64,000 bases of DNA from Malacoraja senta. Lineage: Eukaryota. Position numbers and translations under genes: made by a program. The stretch spans positions 10,108,001 through 10,172,000 of the forward strand of contig CM075995.1 in NCBI GenBank assembly GCA_038087875.1, written 5' to 3'. Shown piece by piece: positions 1 to 13,105 of the stretch. Every line of letters starts with the position of its first letter. Within the stretch, counting starts at the first letter, position 1. The notes under the pieces are model-generated. The model saw nothing but the letters and a program-made list of their open reading frames with translations. It was not told the DNA's origin and made no database searches.

Positions 1-956
1 AGAATTCATTGTGCTACTAACATCAGCAGTTGTATCATCAATGAAGATAAGTGAGCCAGTACCTTCAGCAGCCATACATGCCCAGGCTATAATACCCCCA
101 CAACCGTGTTTCACAGATGAGGAGGTATGCTTTGGATCTTGGGCAGTACCTTCTCTCCTCCATACTTTGCTCTTGCCATCACTCTGATATAAGTTAATCT
201 TTGTCTCATCTGTCCACAATACCTTTTTCCAGAACTCTGGTTGCTCTTTTAAGTACTTCTTGGCAAACTGTAACCTGACCATCCTATTTTTGCGGCTAAC
301 CAGTGGTTTGCATCTTGCAGTGTAGTCTCTGTATTTCTGTTCATGAAGTCTTCTGCGGGCAGTGGTCATTGACAAGAGTGTTTCTGATCTGTCAGACAGG
401 TGTTTGGGGATTTTTCTTTATCATAGAGAGAATTCTTTTGTCATCAGCTATGGAGGTCTTCCTTGGCCTGCCAGTCCCTTTGCGATTAGTAAGCTCACCA
501 GCGCTCTCAATCTTCTTAATGATATTCCAAACAGTTGATTTTGGTAAGCCGAAGGTTTTGCTGATGTCTCTAACAGTTTTATTCTTGTTTCTCAGTCTCA
601 TAATGGCTTCTTTCACTTTCATTGGCACAACTTTGGTCCTCGTGTTGATAAACAACGATAAAAGTTTCCAAAGGTGATGGAAAGACTGGAGGAAAGACTA
701 GGTACTGAGAGCTCTCTCACCTGTGAAGCAATGTGTCCCAAACATTATGGTGCCCTGAAATGGGGGGACTATGTATAAACATAGTCTGTAATTTCTACAT
801 GGTGAAACCAAAATGTATAAAAATGGCCTTTAATAAAATCTGACAATGTGCACTTTAACCACATGTGATTTGTTCTATTACAAATCTCAAATTGTGGAGT
901 ACAGAGGCAAATAAATAAATGGTGGGTCTTTGTCCCAAACAGTATGGAGGGCACTG
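1..956 (-). mobile_element. Tc1/mariner DNA transposon, left part (degenerate transposase plus long TIR); runs off the window edge
   Basis: ORF 392..655 is a Tc1 paired-like HTH N-terminus (TVRDISKTFGLPKSTVWNIIKK, GRPRKT). The - strand near 180-240 reads FWKKVLWTDETKINLYQS (first D of DDE). Terminus reads CAGTGCCCTCC on the - strand from 956, flanked by TA (957-958). TIR ~735-956. Confidence 0.92.
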
Positions 957-1134
957 TACGTCCTTTGGTCCTTGATTCCCCTATGCTGGGTAAAAGACTG
1001 GATAAGACTCTGTGCATTCACCCTATCTATTCCCCTAATGGTTTTATACAGCTCTGTAAGATCACCCGAGCCTCCTGTGCTCCAGGTCCTGGCCTGCCTG
1101 CCGAGTCCAGGCAACAGGATATGGTGCTACTCAC

Positions 1135-1191
1135 GTTGGCAGTGTCTTCAGGAGGTTCTCACGGAGTTCCAGGGTAACCAGGTTCGATAAA
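1135..1191 (-). CDS. SCRIB: Scribble LRR coding exon (57 bp; probably exon 5)
   Basis: ttttacAG acceptor, GTGAGT donor. Encodes (N)LSNLVTLELRENLLKTLP(T). Phase joins the 4305-4394 exon. Confidence 0.9.
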
Positions 1192-2208
1192 CTGTAAAAG
1201 GAATGAGAGTGGCGAGGATTGAAACCTTGCAACAGGACAATTAGATAGTAGGCTGGTGAGGCCATGTTTGGAATGTTAGAGAGCCATACAGCATTTTGGC
1301 CAAACTCATTCATACCAACCAAGACACACAGGTAAGCAAGAGCCATTTCTCCACATTTGGACCATATCCCTCTCAACCAGTTGTTCCCAAACGGTGTGCA
1401 TCGGCACAGAGGTGTGCCCTAAAGCCATTGTGTGTGTGCCACAATTTAACAAACAATCACATAAAGTCGGTTTCCAGTGATAGAGTCCCAAGGAGCAGGG
1501 ACCCAGTCGCAGGATCAGGGACCCAATCACAGGTGGGGTGTCAGGGATTATAGGGAGACGGCAGGAGAATGGGGTTAGGAGGGATAGATCAGCCATGAAT
1601 GAATGTCCGAGTAGACGATGGGCCGAATGGCCTGATCACTTATGATCAGGGATCCAGTACTCGGATCGTGGATGCAGTCCCAGGAGCAAGGATGGAAACA
1701 CAGCAGCAGCTCAAAGCCATAGTCAGAGGGTGGACCAGGAATCCTGGCCACAGGACGCACCAGCAAGTAAAACACGGTGGCCACAGAGTAACGTCTGTCC
1801 ACCCTCCCTTGTAGGGTCTACACCCGCGCCCCCGTCCGTACCCTCTACACCTCCGTACCCTTTACACCCCCCGTAACCTCTACACCTGCGCCACCATCGT
1901 TGTCAGCGTGTGTCAGACCCCTCCCCAATGTCCCGTCACTCTTTGCCTCTTCCTCCCCCCTCTACTGCCACGTGCCCTCAATGACAGCCCCTCCCACACT
2001 GCCCCCCTCATTCATTGTCCCCACCCTCTACAGCCGTGCCACCCTCAATGTCAGGGTCAAACCCCGCTCAATGTCCCCCTTCACACTCACTCTACCCCTT
2101 CCTCACTCCCACCTCCGTATTCTCTCCCACTCACTCTCTCCCCGCTCCATATACTTCCCCCCCCCCCCCAACACCACAGCTCACTCACTCTCTCCCCCTC
2201 ACAGCAGT

Positions 2209-2390
2209 CATGGTGACGCAGCGGTAGAGTTGCTGCCTTACAGCAAAATGCAGCGCTGCAGACCCGGGTTCGAGCCCTACTACGAGTGCTGTCTGTACAG
2301 GGTTCTCCCCATGACCTGTGTGAGTTTTCTCCAAGATCTTCGGTTTCCTCCCACATTCCAAAGACGTACAGGTTTGGTAAATAAAAAATT
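2209..2390 (+). mobile_element. tRNA-derived SINE fragment
   Basis: GGTGACGCAGCGGTAGAGTTGCTGCCTTACAGC (A box) ... GACCCGGGTTCGAG (B box); same family as 14339-14646. Confidence 0.75.
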
Positions 2391-2454
2391 GTCCAGTATA
2401 AAATTGTCCAACTTCCAGTATAGTCCCTGGTGGACTCTTCGGAAGGTACAAGGT

Positions 2455-2760
2455 ACACACTCTCTCTCTCCCCCCTCACTCTTTCCCCCCTCACTCACTC
2501 TCCCCTCTTCCCCCTCACTCACTCTCCCCTCTCCCTCCTCACTCTCTCTCTCCCCTACTGCCCCCCCCCCTTCTTTCTCTCTCCCCTACTGCCCCCCCCC
2601 TACTCTCTCCCCCTCCCCCCCTGACAGCGCTGCCGGTCTCTCTCCCCCTCACTCTCTCCTCCCACCCCTCACTCTCCCCTCCTCACTCTCTCCCCCTCAC
2701 TGACAGCACTGACAGTCTCTGCCTACCCCCTCACTCTCTCCCCCCATCACTGACAGCTCT
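2455..2760. repeat. CT-rich low-complexity tract
   Basis: Degenerate CTCACTCTCTCCCCC units. Confidence 0.85.
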
Positions 2761-3117
2761 GCCGGTCTCTCTCCTGCATTTAGTGCATGGTTGCAGGGGC
2801 GCTGCCTCCCATTGTCCGCTGCGTGGAGACGGGAGCGCCTCGGCCTCCCATTGGAGGCCACGATTGTCCGCACCGCCAGCTGCCCGGCCACAAAACATTG
2901 GGAAGGAGAGTCTGGCGGTGGGGGGGGGTCTGGAGATGAGGGGTGAGCCCTGGAGGTGGGGGAAGCCAGGAGATGGGGGGGGGAGTTGGCGGTGGGGGGG
3001 GGCGGTCTGGAGTTGCGGGGAGCCTGGAGATGGGGGGGGGGGGGCGCCTGGCGGTGAGGGGGGCGGGGGGAGTTTGGCAGTGGGAGGGGGAGCCTGAAGG
3101 TGGGGGGAGCCTAGAGG

Positions 3118-3455
3118 CACTTTTCCCCTCTCCCATCAGGCTAGAGGTACAGAAGTGTGAAAACGCACACCTCCAGATTCAGGGGCAGTTTCTTCCTATC
3201 TTTATCAGGCAACTGAACTATCCTATCACCAACTGGAGAGCGGTCCTGATCTACCATCTACTTCGTTGAAGACCCTTAGACTATCTTTAATCTGACTTTA
3301 CGAGACTTTATCTTAGACTGAACGTTATTGCCTTTATCCTGTACCTGAACACTGTGACAGCTTGATTGTAATCACTTATAGCCTTTCCACTGATAGCACA
3401 CGACAAAAACACTTTTCACTGTTCCTCGGGACACTTGACAATAAACTAAACTAAC
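3118..3455 (+). mobile_element. Rex1/Babar-type LINE 3' remnant
   Basis: Degenerate PSGRRYRS..RF..SFFP-like end, then a 3' UTR ending ACAATAAACTAAACTAA; resembles the 3' end of 13106-14140. Confidence 0.65.
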
Positions 3456-3717
3456 CTCTACAGCTTGCTCTGACAGCTCATTCTATGTACCCCCCACCCT
3501 CTGTGTGAAAAAGTTGACACTCAGTTCCCCTTGAAATATTTCCCCTCTTAACGTAAGCCTATGGCCTCGAGTTTTGAACCCCTCTACACTGGGGTAAGGA
3601 TTTGACTGTTCACCTTATCCATACGCCTCATGATTTTATGTATTTCTATCAGGTCATTCCTCAGCCTCCAGCACTCCAGACAAAAACGTCACAGCCCATC
3701 CAGTTTAGTATTGTTTT

Positions 3718-4010
3718 TTAGTTTAGCGATACAGAGCAGAAACAGACTCTTCGGCCCACCGAGTCTGCACCGACCAGTGATCCCCACACTAATACTATCC
3801 TACACACACTAGGGACAATTTACACTGACACCAAGCCAATTAGCCTAAAAACCTGCAAGTCTTTGGAGTGTGGGAGGAAACCAAAAATCTCGGAGAAAAC
3901 CCACGCTGGTCATGGGGAGAAGGTACAAACTCGGTCCAGACAGCACCCGCAGTCGGGATTTAACCTGGGTCTCCGGCTCTGTAAGGCAGCAACTCTACTG
4001 CTGCGCCACC
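3718..4010 (-). mobile_element. tRNA-derived SINE
   Basis: - strand begins GGTGGCGCAGCAGTAGAGTTGCTGCCTTACAG and ends in a CTAAA-type tail. Confidence 0.8.
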
Positions 4011-4304
4011 ATTTCTGTTTGTAACTCAACCTCCTGTCCCAGTTGGAATGATGAATCTTTTCTGCATACTTTCCAGGTTAATGACATCCTTCCTATAACT
4101 CAGTGAGCAGAACTCCACACAATACTGTGTGTGGTCTCACTCATGTCATACACATTGTGACATGATGTTGCGACCAGTGGCCCTGTGCTGGTTCTCAGTG
4201 CCCTGACACAATACCCCTGTCCAGATGGAGCCATCACGTTGTCACAGTCAGCCACGTTGCTCTTTACGTGTGCACGTGCCGGCGATTGGAAGCAGCTCAC
4301 TTAC

Positions 4305-4394
4305 TTGCCAATGTCGTTCGGCAGAAATTGCAGCGAGACATCATTGAGGGAGAGATGAGCCAGAATCCGTAACTGTGTGAATCCATCAGGCAGC
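4305..4394 (-). CDS. SCRIB: Scribble LRR coding exon (90 bp; probably exon 4)
   Basis: ttctcctgcAG acceptor, GTAAGT donor. Encodes (R)LPDGFTQLRILAHLSLNDVSLQFLPNDIG(N). Phases join both neighbouring exons. Confidence 0.92.
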
Positions 4395-4514
4395 CTGCAG
4401 GAGAAACATATCAGCACAGCAGGCAGCAGAGAGTGAGGGTACGTGAAGACACAAAGCAAGGAACCCGGGCAGTCATCTGTTCTTCACCAACTTATTTGCC
4501 ATATAGAGATCACC

Positions 4515-5035
4515 AACCCTCCTTCTGCCCAGTCACCTCCGACCCTTCACCCTCCCTCTGCCCAGTCACCTTCGACCGTTCTACCCTCAGTCTGCCCAGT
4601 CACCTTCGACCCTTCACCCTCCCTCTGCCCTGTCACCTTCGACCCTTCACCCTCAGTCTGCTGAGTCACCTTCGACCCTCCACCTCCCCTCTGCCCAGTC
4701 ACCTTCAACCCTTCACCCTCCCTCTGCCCACTCACCTCCGACCCTTCACCCTCCCTCTGCTGTCACCTCCAACCCTTCACGCTCTATCCAGTCACCTCCG
4801 ACCTTTCACCCTCCTTGTCCAGTCACCTCTGACCCTTCACCCCCCCCTCTGCCCACTCACCTCCGACCCTTCACCCTCCCTCTGTCCAGTCACCTCCGAC
4901 CCTTCACCCTCCCTCTGTCGTCAACTCCGACCCTTCACCTTCCCTCTGCCCAGTCACCTCCGACCCTTCACCCTCCTGGTCCAGTCACCTCCAACTCTTC
5001 ACCCCCCCCCCTGCCCAGTCACCTCCGAACTTTAC
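4515..5035. repeat. ~33-bp minisatellite (CTGCCCAGTCACCTCCGACCCTTCACCCTCCCT)
   Basis: About 15 tandem degenerate units; a related array is at 12385-12580. Confidence 0.9.
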
Positions 5036-5461
5036 CCAAACATAGAGTAGTACCGCACAGAAACAGGCCCTTCGTCCCAACTCCTCCATGCCGACCCACC
5101 GAAGCCAGTTCCAATTGCTCATATTTGGCCCATATCCCTCTCAACCTTTCCTATCCATGTACCTGTCCAAACGTCTTTTAAATGTTGTTATTGTACCTGT
5201 ATCAACTTTCTCTGACACCCTCTACCTTGAGATTGTGCAGCGAGACATCCTGCACCCTGGCATCAGGGAGGCAACACACCATCACAGAGTCCTGTTTACT
5301 GCCAGAGAATGTCCTGTCTGTCCCCTATCAAGTCTCCTGTCTCCCTAGCCCTGTGTGACTGCGCCCTACCCGACCGTGCCTCAGTGATATAGACATGACT
5401 GCTGTTGCTGCTCTCTCCTGACCCTCATCTCCCCCAACAGAATCCAAAAGGATATTTGTGT

Positions 5462-6428
5462 TTTTTTTTTTTATTATTATTTTTTTTTTATTTTTTATTT
5501 ATTAGAAGTACATTACATTACAACCACATACATTAGTACTCGTCACTTATGTCTTCTTACAATTAATGTACTCCATTTGTTTTTTACACTAGTAAAAGGA
5601 AAAGATTGAAAGAAAGAAGAAAGTGAAGGAAAAATGAGAGTGTAGAAAATGTGACAACAAAAAAGGACGAAGACCCTATAAGAACAAAATTAAAAACAAA
5701 AGAAAAAGAGTTAAGAAATAGACCCTAGAAAAGAAGGAGAAAGAGAAAGAGGAAAAAGAGAGAAGCAAATATTTTTATGAGCATTACGCAAATGGGACAT
5801 ACCAACTCTTCAACTATCATCCCCCCTTACATGACCTCAAATTTTTTTTTTTAAGGTACCTTTGCACCCTTAATTGTAATAATTCTATAAATGCAGACCA
5901 CGTCAGGTGGAAGTGATCTGGTTTACCTGCTAGGAGGAGTCTTATCTCTTCTAGGTGTAATGTTTCGAACATATTTGAAATCCACATGTTCATAGTTGGT
6001 ATTGGAGCCTTCTTCCAAAATTTTAGAATTAGCTTTTTTCCAGTTATTAACCCACAGTCTATTAGTTTCTTTTGAAACACATTTAGTTCTGGACCATCTT
6101 TTCCGTTATTCCGAAGATAATCCATTCTGCTTTGGGTATCAGTCTTATTTTAAATAATCTTGTAAAGATTTCGAAAAAATTTAATTCCAAAGTTTTTGAA
6201 TTTTTGTACAGAAAACGAATGAGTGCGCTATAGTAGCTTCTTGGGATTGACATTTATCACAAATAGATGATACATTTGGGAAAATTTTATGAATTTTAGT
6301 TTTGGAATAATATAATCTATGTAAAATTTTAAATTGTATTAAAGTGTGTCTTACATTAATCGAACATTTATGCACGTTTAGTAAGTGTTCATTCCAACTT
6401 TCCTTTGAAATTTTAATAGCTAACTCAA
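5462..6428 (-). mobile_element. L1-clade LINE, 5'-truncated 3' end with poly(A)
   Basis: ORFs 6181..6375 and 5817..6125 (QFKILHRLYY, CDKC...H zinc knuckle). Poly-T at the left end. 10-bp TSD ATATTTGTGT at 5452-5461 and 6429-6438. Confidence 0.88.
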
Positions 6429-6789
6429 ATATTTGTGTATTTGAGAGAGCCAGGGGGATTCCTGCCTCCGTCTACTCCCTCCCACGGTGGTAATCAGCCC
6501 ACTTTGCCGCTGCATCTGAGCTGTGACCACCTCACCATAACTCCTGTGACACTCTCACATCCCGATCATCCTGAATACATCCAGCTGTAACTCCAGCCAG
6601 GAGCTGCAGCTGGATGCACCTCCCACACCTGTGGTCACCAGCAACACTGGAAATCTCCCTGATCTCCCCCTTCTAGTGTCCTCACTGCCGTCCCACTGCA
6701 ATGAGACGGAAGAGGAGGTTATGAAGTGTCAGTGAGTCAGTGGCGCTTTGGTTTGCAAGCAGTTCTCTGTAGCTGAAGAGAAGGTTCCC

Positions 6790-7321
6790 ACTGGGGGGGC
6801 AGTGTCCAGTCTGGGGGTCAGTGTCCAGTCTAGAGGTCAGTGTCCAGTCTAGAGGTCAGTGTCCAGCCTAGAGGTCAGTGTCCAGTCTAGTGGTCAGTGT
6901 CCAGTCCGGGGGTCAGTGTCCAGTCTAGATGTCAGTGTCCAGTCTGAGGGTCAGTGTCCAGTCTAGGGGGGTCATTGACCAGTCTAGAGGTCAGTGTCCA
7001 GTCTAGAGGTCAGTGTCCACTCTGGGGGTCAGTGTCCAGTCTGGGGGGTCAGTGTCCAGTCTGGAGGTCAGTGTCCAGTCTGGGGATCAGTGTTCTGTCT
7101 GGAGGTCAGTGTCCACTCTGGGGGTCAGTGTTCAGTCTGGGGGTCAGCATCCAGTCTGGGGGTCAGTGCCCAGTCTAGAGGTCAATGTCCAGTCTAGAGG
7201 CCAGTGCCCAGTCTAGAGGTCAGTGCCCTGTCTGGGGGGGTCAGTGTCCAGTCTGGGGGGTCAGTGTCCAGTCTGGGGGGCCAGTGTCCAGTCTGGGGGG
7301 TCAGTGTCCAGATCAGTGTTC
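6790..7321. repeat. ~19-20-bp minisatellite (GGGGGTCAGTGTCCAGTCT), left half
   Basis: Tandem units; the array resumes at ~10700 after a CR1 insertion. Confidence 0.92.
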
Positions 7322-10300
7322 TAGAAACATAGAAACATAGAAAATAGGTGCAGGAGGATGCCATTCGGCCCTTCGAGCCAGCACCACCATTCGTTGTGAT
7401 CATGGCTGATCGTCCCGTATCAATAACCCGTGCCTGCCTTCTCCCCATTTCCCTGGACTCCACTAGCCCCTAGAGTTCTATCTAACTCTCTCTTAAATCC
7501 ATCCAGTGATTTGGCCTCCACTGCCCTCTGTGGCAGGGAATTCCATAAATTCACAACTCTCTGGGTGAAAAAGTTTTTTCTCACCTCAGTCTTAAATGAC
7601 CTCACCTTTATTCTAAGACTGTGGCCCCTGGTTCTGGACTCGCCCAACATTGGGAACATTTTTCCTGCATCTAGCTTGTCCAGTCCTTTTATAATTGTAT
7701 ATGTTTCTATAAGATCCCCGCTCATCCTTCTAAACTCCAGTGAATACAAGCCTAGTCTTTTCAATCTTTCCTCATATGACAGTCCCGCCATCCCAGGGAT
7801 CAATCTCGTGAACCTACGCTGCACTGCCTCAATCACAAGGATGTCCTTCCTCAAATTAGGAGACCAAAACTGTACACAATACTCCAGATGTGGTCTCACC
7901 AGAGCCCTATACAACTGCAGAAGAACCTCTTTACTCCTACACCGAAATCCTCTTGTTATGAAGGCCAACATTCCATTCGCTTTCTTCACTGCCTGCTGTA
8001 CCTGCACGCCAACTTTCAGTGACCGGTGTACAAGGACACCCAGGTCTCGTTGCACCTCCGCCTTACCTAACCTAACTCCATTGAGATAATAATCTGCCCC
8101 CTTGTTTTTGCCGCCAAAGTGGATAACCTCACATTTATCTATATTATACTGCATCTGCCCACTCACTCAACCTGTCCAGGTCACCCTGCAACCTCCTAAC
8201 ATCCTCTTCACGGTTCACACTGCCACCCAGCTTTGTGTCATCCGCAAACTTGCTAGTGTTGCTCCTAATTCCCTGTTCCAAATCATTAATATATATGGTA
8301 AACAGTTGCGGCCCCAACACCAAGCCTTGCGGCACTCCACTCGCCACTGCCTGCCATTCTGAAAAGGACCCATTCACTCCTACTCTTTGCTTCCTGTCTG
8401 CCAACCAATTTTCTATCCATGTCAACACCGTACCCCCAATACCATGTGCTCTAATTTTAGTCACCAGTCTCCCGTGCGGGACCTTATCAAAGGCTTTCTG
8501 AAAGTCTAGATACACTGCATCCACTGGCACCCCTTCATCCATTTTACTTGTCACATCCTCAAAAAATTCCAGAAGATTAGTCAAGCATGATTTCCCTTTC
8601 ATAAATCCATGTTGACCTTGACTAATCCTTTTACTGCTATCCAAATACCCCATTATTACCTCTTTAATAATTGACTCTTTCGCACCACCGAAGTCAGGCT
8701 AACTGGTTTGTAATTCCCCGTTTTCTCTCTCGCTCCTTTCTTGAAAAGTGGGATAACATTAGCTATCCTCCAATCCACAGGAACTGATCCTGAATCTATT
8801 GAAGATTGGAAAATGATCACCAATGCGTCCACTATTTCTGGAGCCACCTCCCTGAGGACCCTGGGATGCAGACCATCAGGCCCAGGGGATTTTTCATCCT
8901 TCAGTCCCATTAGCCTACCCAATACTATTTCTCACCTAATGAAAATTTCTTTCAGTTCCTCTACCCCCTTAGATCCTCTGTCCTCCAGTACATCTGGGAG
9001 ATTGTTTGTGTCTTCCTTAGTGAAGACAGATCCGAAGTACCTATTCAACTCTTCTGCCATTTCCTTGTTGCCCATAATAATTTCACCCGTGTCTACCTTC
9101 AAGGGACCCACATTTGACTTTGCTACTCTTTTTCCCTTAACATATCTAAAGCTTTTACTGTCCTTCTTTATATTCCTGGCCAGCTTCCCCTCGTACTTCA
9201 TCTTTTCAGCCCGTATTGCCCGTTTTGTTTCCTTCTGTTGTCCTATGAAATTTTCCTAATCCTCTGGCTTCCGGCTACTCTTTGCTGTGTTATACATCTT
9301 TTCTTTTAGTTTTATTCGATCCCTAACTTCTCTTGTCAGCCACGGTTGCCTCCTACTCCCCTTAGAATCTTTCTTCCTTTTTGGAATGAAATGATCCTGT
9401 GTCTTCCGGATTATGCCCAGAAATTCCTGCCATTGCTGTTCCACCGTCATTCCTGCTAGAATCCCTTTCCAGTCTACTTTGGCCAGCTCCCCTCTCATGC
9501 CTTCATAGTCCCCTTTGTTCAACTGCATCACTGCCACTTCCGATTTAACATTCTCCTTCTCAAATTGCAGATTAAAACTAATCATATTATGATCACTACC
9601 TCCAAGCGGTTCCTTTACCTCGAGTTCTCATATCATATCTGGTTCATTGGACAACGCTAAATCCAGAATTGCCTTTTCTCTGGTCGGCTCCATTACAAGC
9701 TGTTCTAAGAATCCATCTCGGAGGCATTCGACAAACTCTCTTTCTTGGGGTCCTGAACCAACCTGATTTTCCCAGTCTACCTGAAATCCCCCATCACCAC
9801 AGTGACATTACCTTTGTTACATGCCAGTTTTAACTCCTGCTGCAACTTACACCCTACATCCGGGCTACTATTTGGGGGTCTGTAAATAACACCAATTAGT
9901 GTCTTCTTGCCTTTACAATTCCTCAACTCAATCCACAGTGACTCTACCTCGTCAGTCCTTATGTCTTCCCTCGCAAGGGACTGAATTCCCTTCCTCACCA
10001 GCAGAGCTACCCCCCCTCCTCTGCCCACCTGCCTGTCCTTTCTATAGGGTGTATAACCCTGAATATTAAGTTCCCAGGCCCGATCCTCCTGCAGCCACGT
10101 CTCAGTAATCCCCACAATGTCATATCTACCAACCTCTAACTGAGCCTCAAGCTCATCTACTTTACTTCTTATACTTCGCGCATTCATATACAATACTTTT
10201 AATTCCTTACGCATCTCACCTTTCACATCGATCCCTATTACACTTGGCCATACTCTCCTATCGCTTTGTGAGCTTCCTTTCCCGTTAATTCTGGGGTCAT

Positions 10301-10695
10301 TAACTATCCCTTTACTCTCTTTCCCTTTAACTCCATCCTCGACTATCCCATTTGACACCCCACCCCCCTTATTCAGTTTAAAACCACCCATGTAGCAGTG
10401 GCAAACCTGCCTGCGAGAATGCTGGTCCCCCACCTGTTAAGATGCAATCCGTCCCTTTTGTACAGTTCCCCCTTACTCCAAAACAGATCCCTGTGATCTA
10501 AGAATCTAAATCCCTGCCCCCTGCACCAGTTTCTCAGCCACACATTCAGGTCCCGTATCTCCCTGTTCCTGCTCTCGCCAGCACGAGGAACTGGAAGCAA
10601 ACCGGAGATAACAACCCTGGAGGTCCTGCTTTTCAGCATTTTTCCGAGCTCTTCAAAGTCACGCTGTAGAATATTCATCCCCTTCTTTCCGACTG
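7322..10695 (-). mobile_element. CR1 LINE with near-complete but disrupted ORF2 (APE endonuclease + RT) and the 3' part of an SGNH-esterase ORF1
   Basis: YMNARSI and GITETWL (APE); YLDFQKAFDKV, GVPQG and KFADD (RT); RDGLHLN (ORF1 esterase, 10373..10678); (TAGAAACA)n 3' tail at 7322. Confidence 0.95.
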
Positions 10696-10699
10696 GAAA

Positions 10700-11220
10700 T
10701 CAGTGTCCAGTCTGGAGGTCAGTGCCCAGTCTTGGGGGTCAGTGTCCAGTCTGGGAGGTCAGTGCCCAGTCTGGGGGGGTCAGTATCCAGTCTAGAAGTC
10801 AGTGCCCTGTCTGGGGGGTCAGTGCCCAGTCTGGGTGTCAGTGCCCTGTCTGTGGGGTCAGTGTCCAGTCTTGGGGTCAGTGCCCTGTCTGTGGGGTCAG
10901 TGTCCAGTCTGGGGGTCAGTGTCCAGTCTGGGGGGTCAGAGTCCAGTCTGGAGGTCAGTGTACAGTCTGGGGGGTCTGTGTACAGTCTGGGGGGTCAGTG
11001 TCCAGTCTGGAGGTCAGTGTCCAGTCTGAGGGTCAGTGTTCAGTCTGGGGGGGGTCAGTGTTCAGTCTGGTGGGGTCAGTGTCCAGATCTGTGTTCTGTC
11101 TGGAGATTAGTGTCCAGTCTGGGGGATCAGTGCCCAGTCTGGGGGGTCAGTGTCCAGTCTGGGGGTCAGTGCCTAGTCTGGGGGTCAGTGTCCAGTCTGG
11201 AAGTCAGTGCCCAGTCTGGG
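10700..11220. repeat. Same GGTCAGTGTCCAGTCT minisatellite, right half
   Basis: Same unit as 6790-7321. Confidence 0.92.
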
Positions 11221-11409
11221 ATGGGGTGGGGTTGGTTAAGTGGGTGTCAAGGGTCATAGTCCAGCCTGGGGGTCAGGGGGCAATGACGTCCAGCCTGGAT
11301 TGGGGGTGGAGGGAGTCGGTATGGTGGAGTGTTGGTCGGGGTGGTATTGGTGTTGTGGGTGGTATGTCAGTGGGTCAGTGAGCCTGGGGTGGTTTGGTTT
11401 GCAAGCACG

Positions 11410-11684
<275 letters not shown>

Positions 11685-11722
11685 TCAAGCAGGAGGCTGG
11701 TCAGACCACTGCTGGGGATCTG

Positions 11723-12054
11723 GAAATGATCCTGCGTCTTCCGGATTATGCCCAGAAATTCCTGCCATTGCTGTTCCACCGTCATTCCTGCTAGGATCCC
11801 TTTCCAGTCTACTTTGGCCAGCTCCCCTCTCATGCCTTCATAGTCCCCTTTGTTCAACTGCATCACTGCCACTTCCGATTTAACATTCTCCTTCCCAAAT
11901 TGCAGATTAAAACTAATCATATTATGATCACTACCTCCAAGCGGTTCCTTTACCTCGAGTTCTCTTATCATATCTGGTTCATTGGACAACACTAAATCCA
12001 GAATTGCCTTTTCTCTGGTCGGCTCCATTACAAGCTGCTCTAAGAATCCATCTC
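11723..12054 (-). mobile_element. Internal CR1 ORF2 fragment, near-identical to 9388-9719
   Basis: Direct comparison within the window; encodes EPTREKAILDLVLSNEP...GGSDHNMISF. Confidence 0.9.
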
Positions 12055-12384
12055 AGGAGTTGTTATCCAGCACAGACAGGATCAGGAGTTGTTATCCAGC
12101 ACAGACAGAGGGGCAGAATGGCAGAGAGGCTGGTCATCATACATGGGTACAGTCCAACCCACCAGCATTCCCTACTGCACCCCTCCCCAACTGCTTAGCT
12201 GTTGGGTACCAGGGTCAGACACAACCATCTACCAGCGCAGACCAAGGGGCAGAATGGCAGAGACAGGTCTGGTCGCCATACAGGGTGGTACAGCCCACCA
12301 ACACTCCCCACATCACCCCACCGGCTCAGTACACATCCTCAATGCCCACCTTGTACAGAGCAGGCAGGAGAGCCCTATAGAAAC

Positions 12385-12580
12385 CACTCACCCTTCACCC
12401 TCTCTCCGCGGTCACCTCTGACCCTTCACCCTCCCTCCACACTCACCTCTGACCCTTCACCCTCCCTCCGCAGTCACCTCTGACCCTTCACCCTCTCTCC
12501 AGTCACCTCTGACCCTTCACCCTCTCCACAGTCACCTCTGACCCTTCACCCTCATTCCGCACAGTCACCTCCGACCCGCT
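12385..12580. repeat. Minisatellite related to 4515-5035
   Basis: CAGTCACCTCTGACCCTTCACCCTC units. Confidence 0.85.
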
Positions 12581-13105
12581 CCCTCTGCTTTAACCTCAAA
12601 CCCTTGACCCTGCTTCCACAGACAAGAGAACATGGTTAGAAGGTGAAGAGTTGGTCATTTAAGACTGAGGTATACCAGAATATCTTCCGACAGAGTGGTG
12701 AATGGCTGGAAAGCTGTACCCAGGAGTCTGCAGACACGGCATCATTGGGGTCATTTAAGGAGGAGTACCGGACTGGCGCAGGTGGGAGATAGTCGCCATA
12801 CGATGGGCAAAGAGGTCGGAGTGGGCACTAAACCAGCATCTGCAGTTCCTTCCTACACATCCATGACTCTGAGACCTGGAGCAGATCAACAATGAAAATA
12901 TAGAATGGTATTGTGTGCAGTTGTGGCTGCCCCATTACAGGAAGGCTGTGGAGGTTTCGGAGGGGGGAGGGGGGCAGAAGAGGTTTACATCATTCATGAA
13001 GCCTGGATTAGAAAGTTTTAGGTATAAGGAGAGTTTGGACAATCTTGGATTGCTTTCTCTGCTCCAGGCTGAGAGGACGTACATAAAATTATGAGAAGCA
13101 TAGAT

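Noticed and set aside
2760..3110. GC-rich segment with a GCCTCCCATTG direct repeat and G-runs
   Set aside because: No TIR, TSD, splice pattern or recognisable peptide; cannot be assigned.
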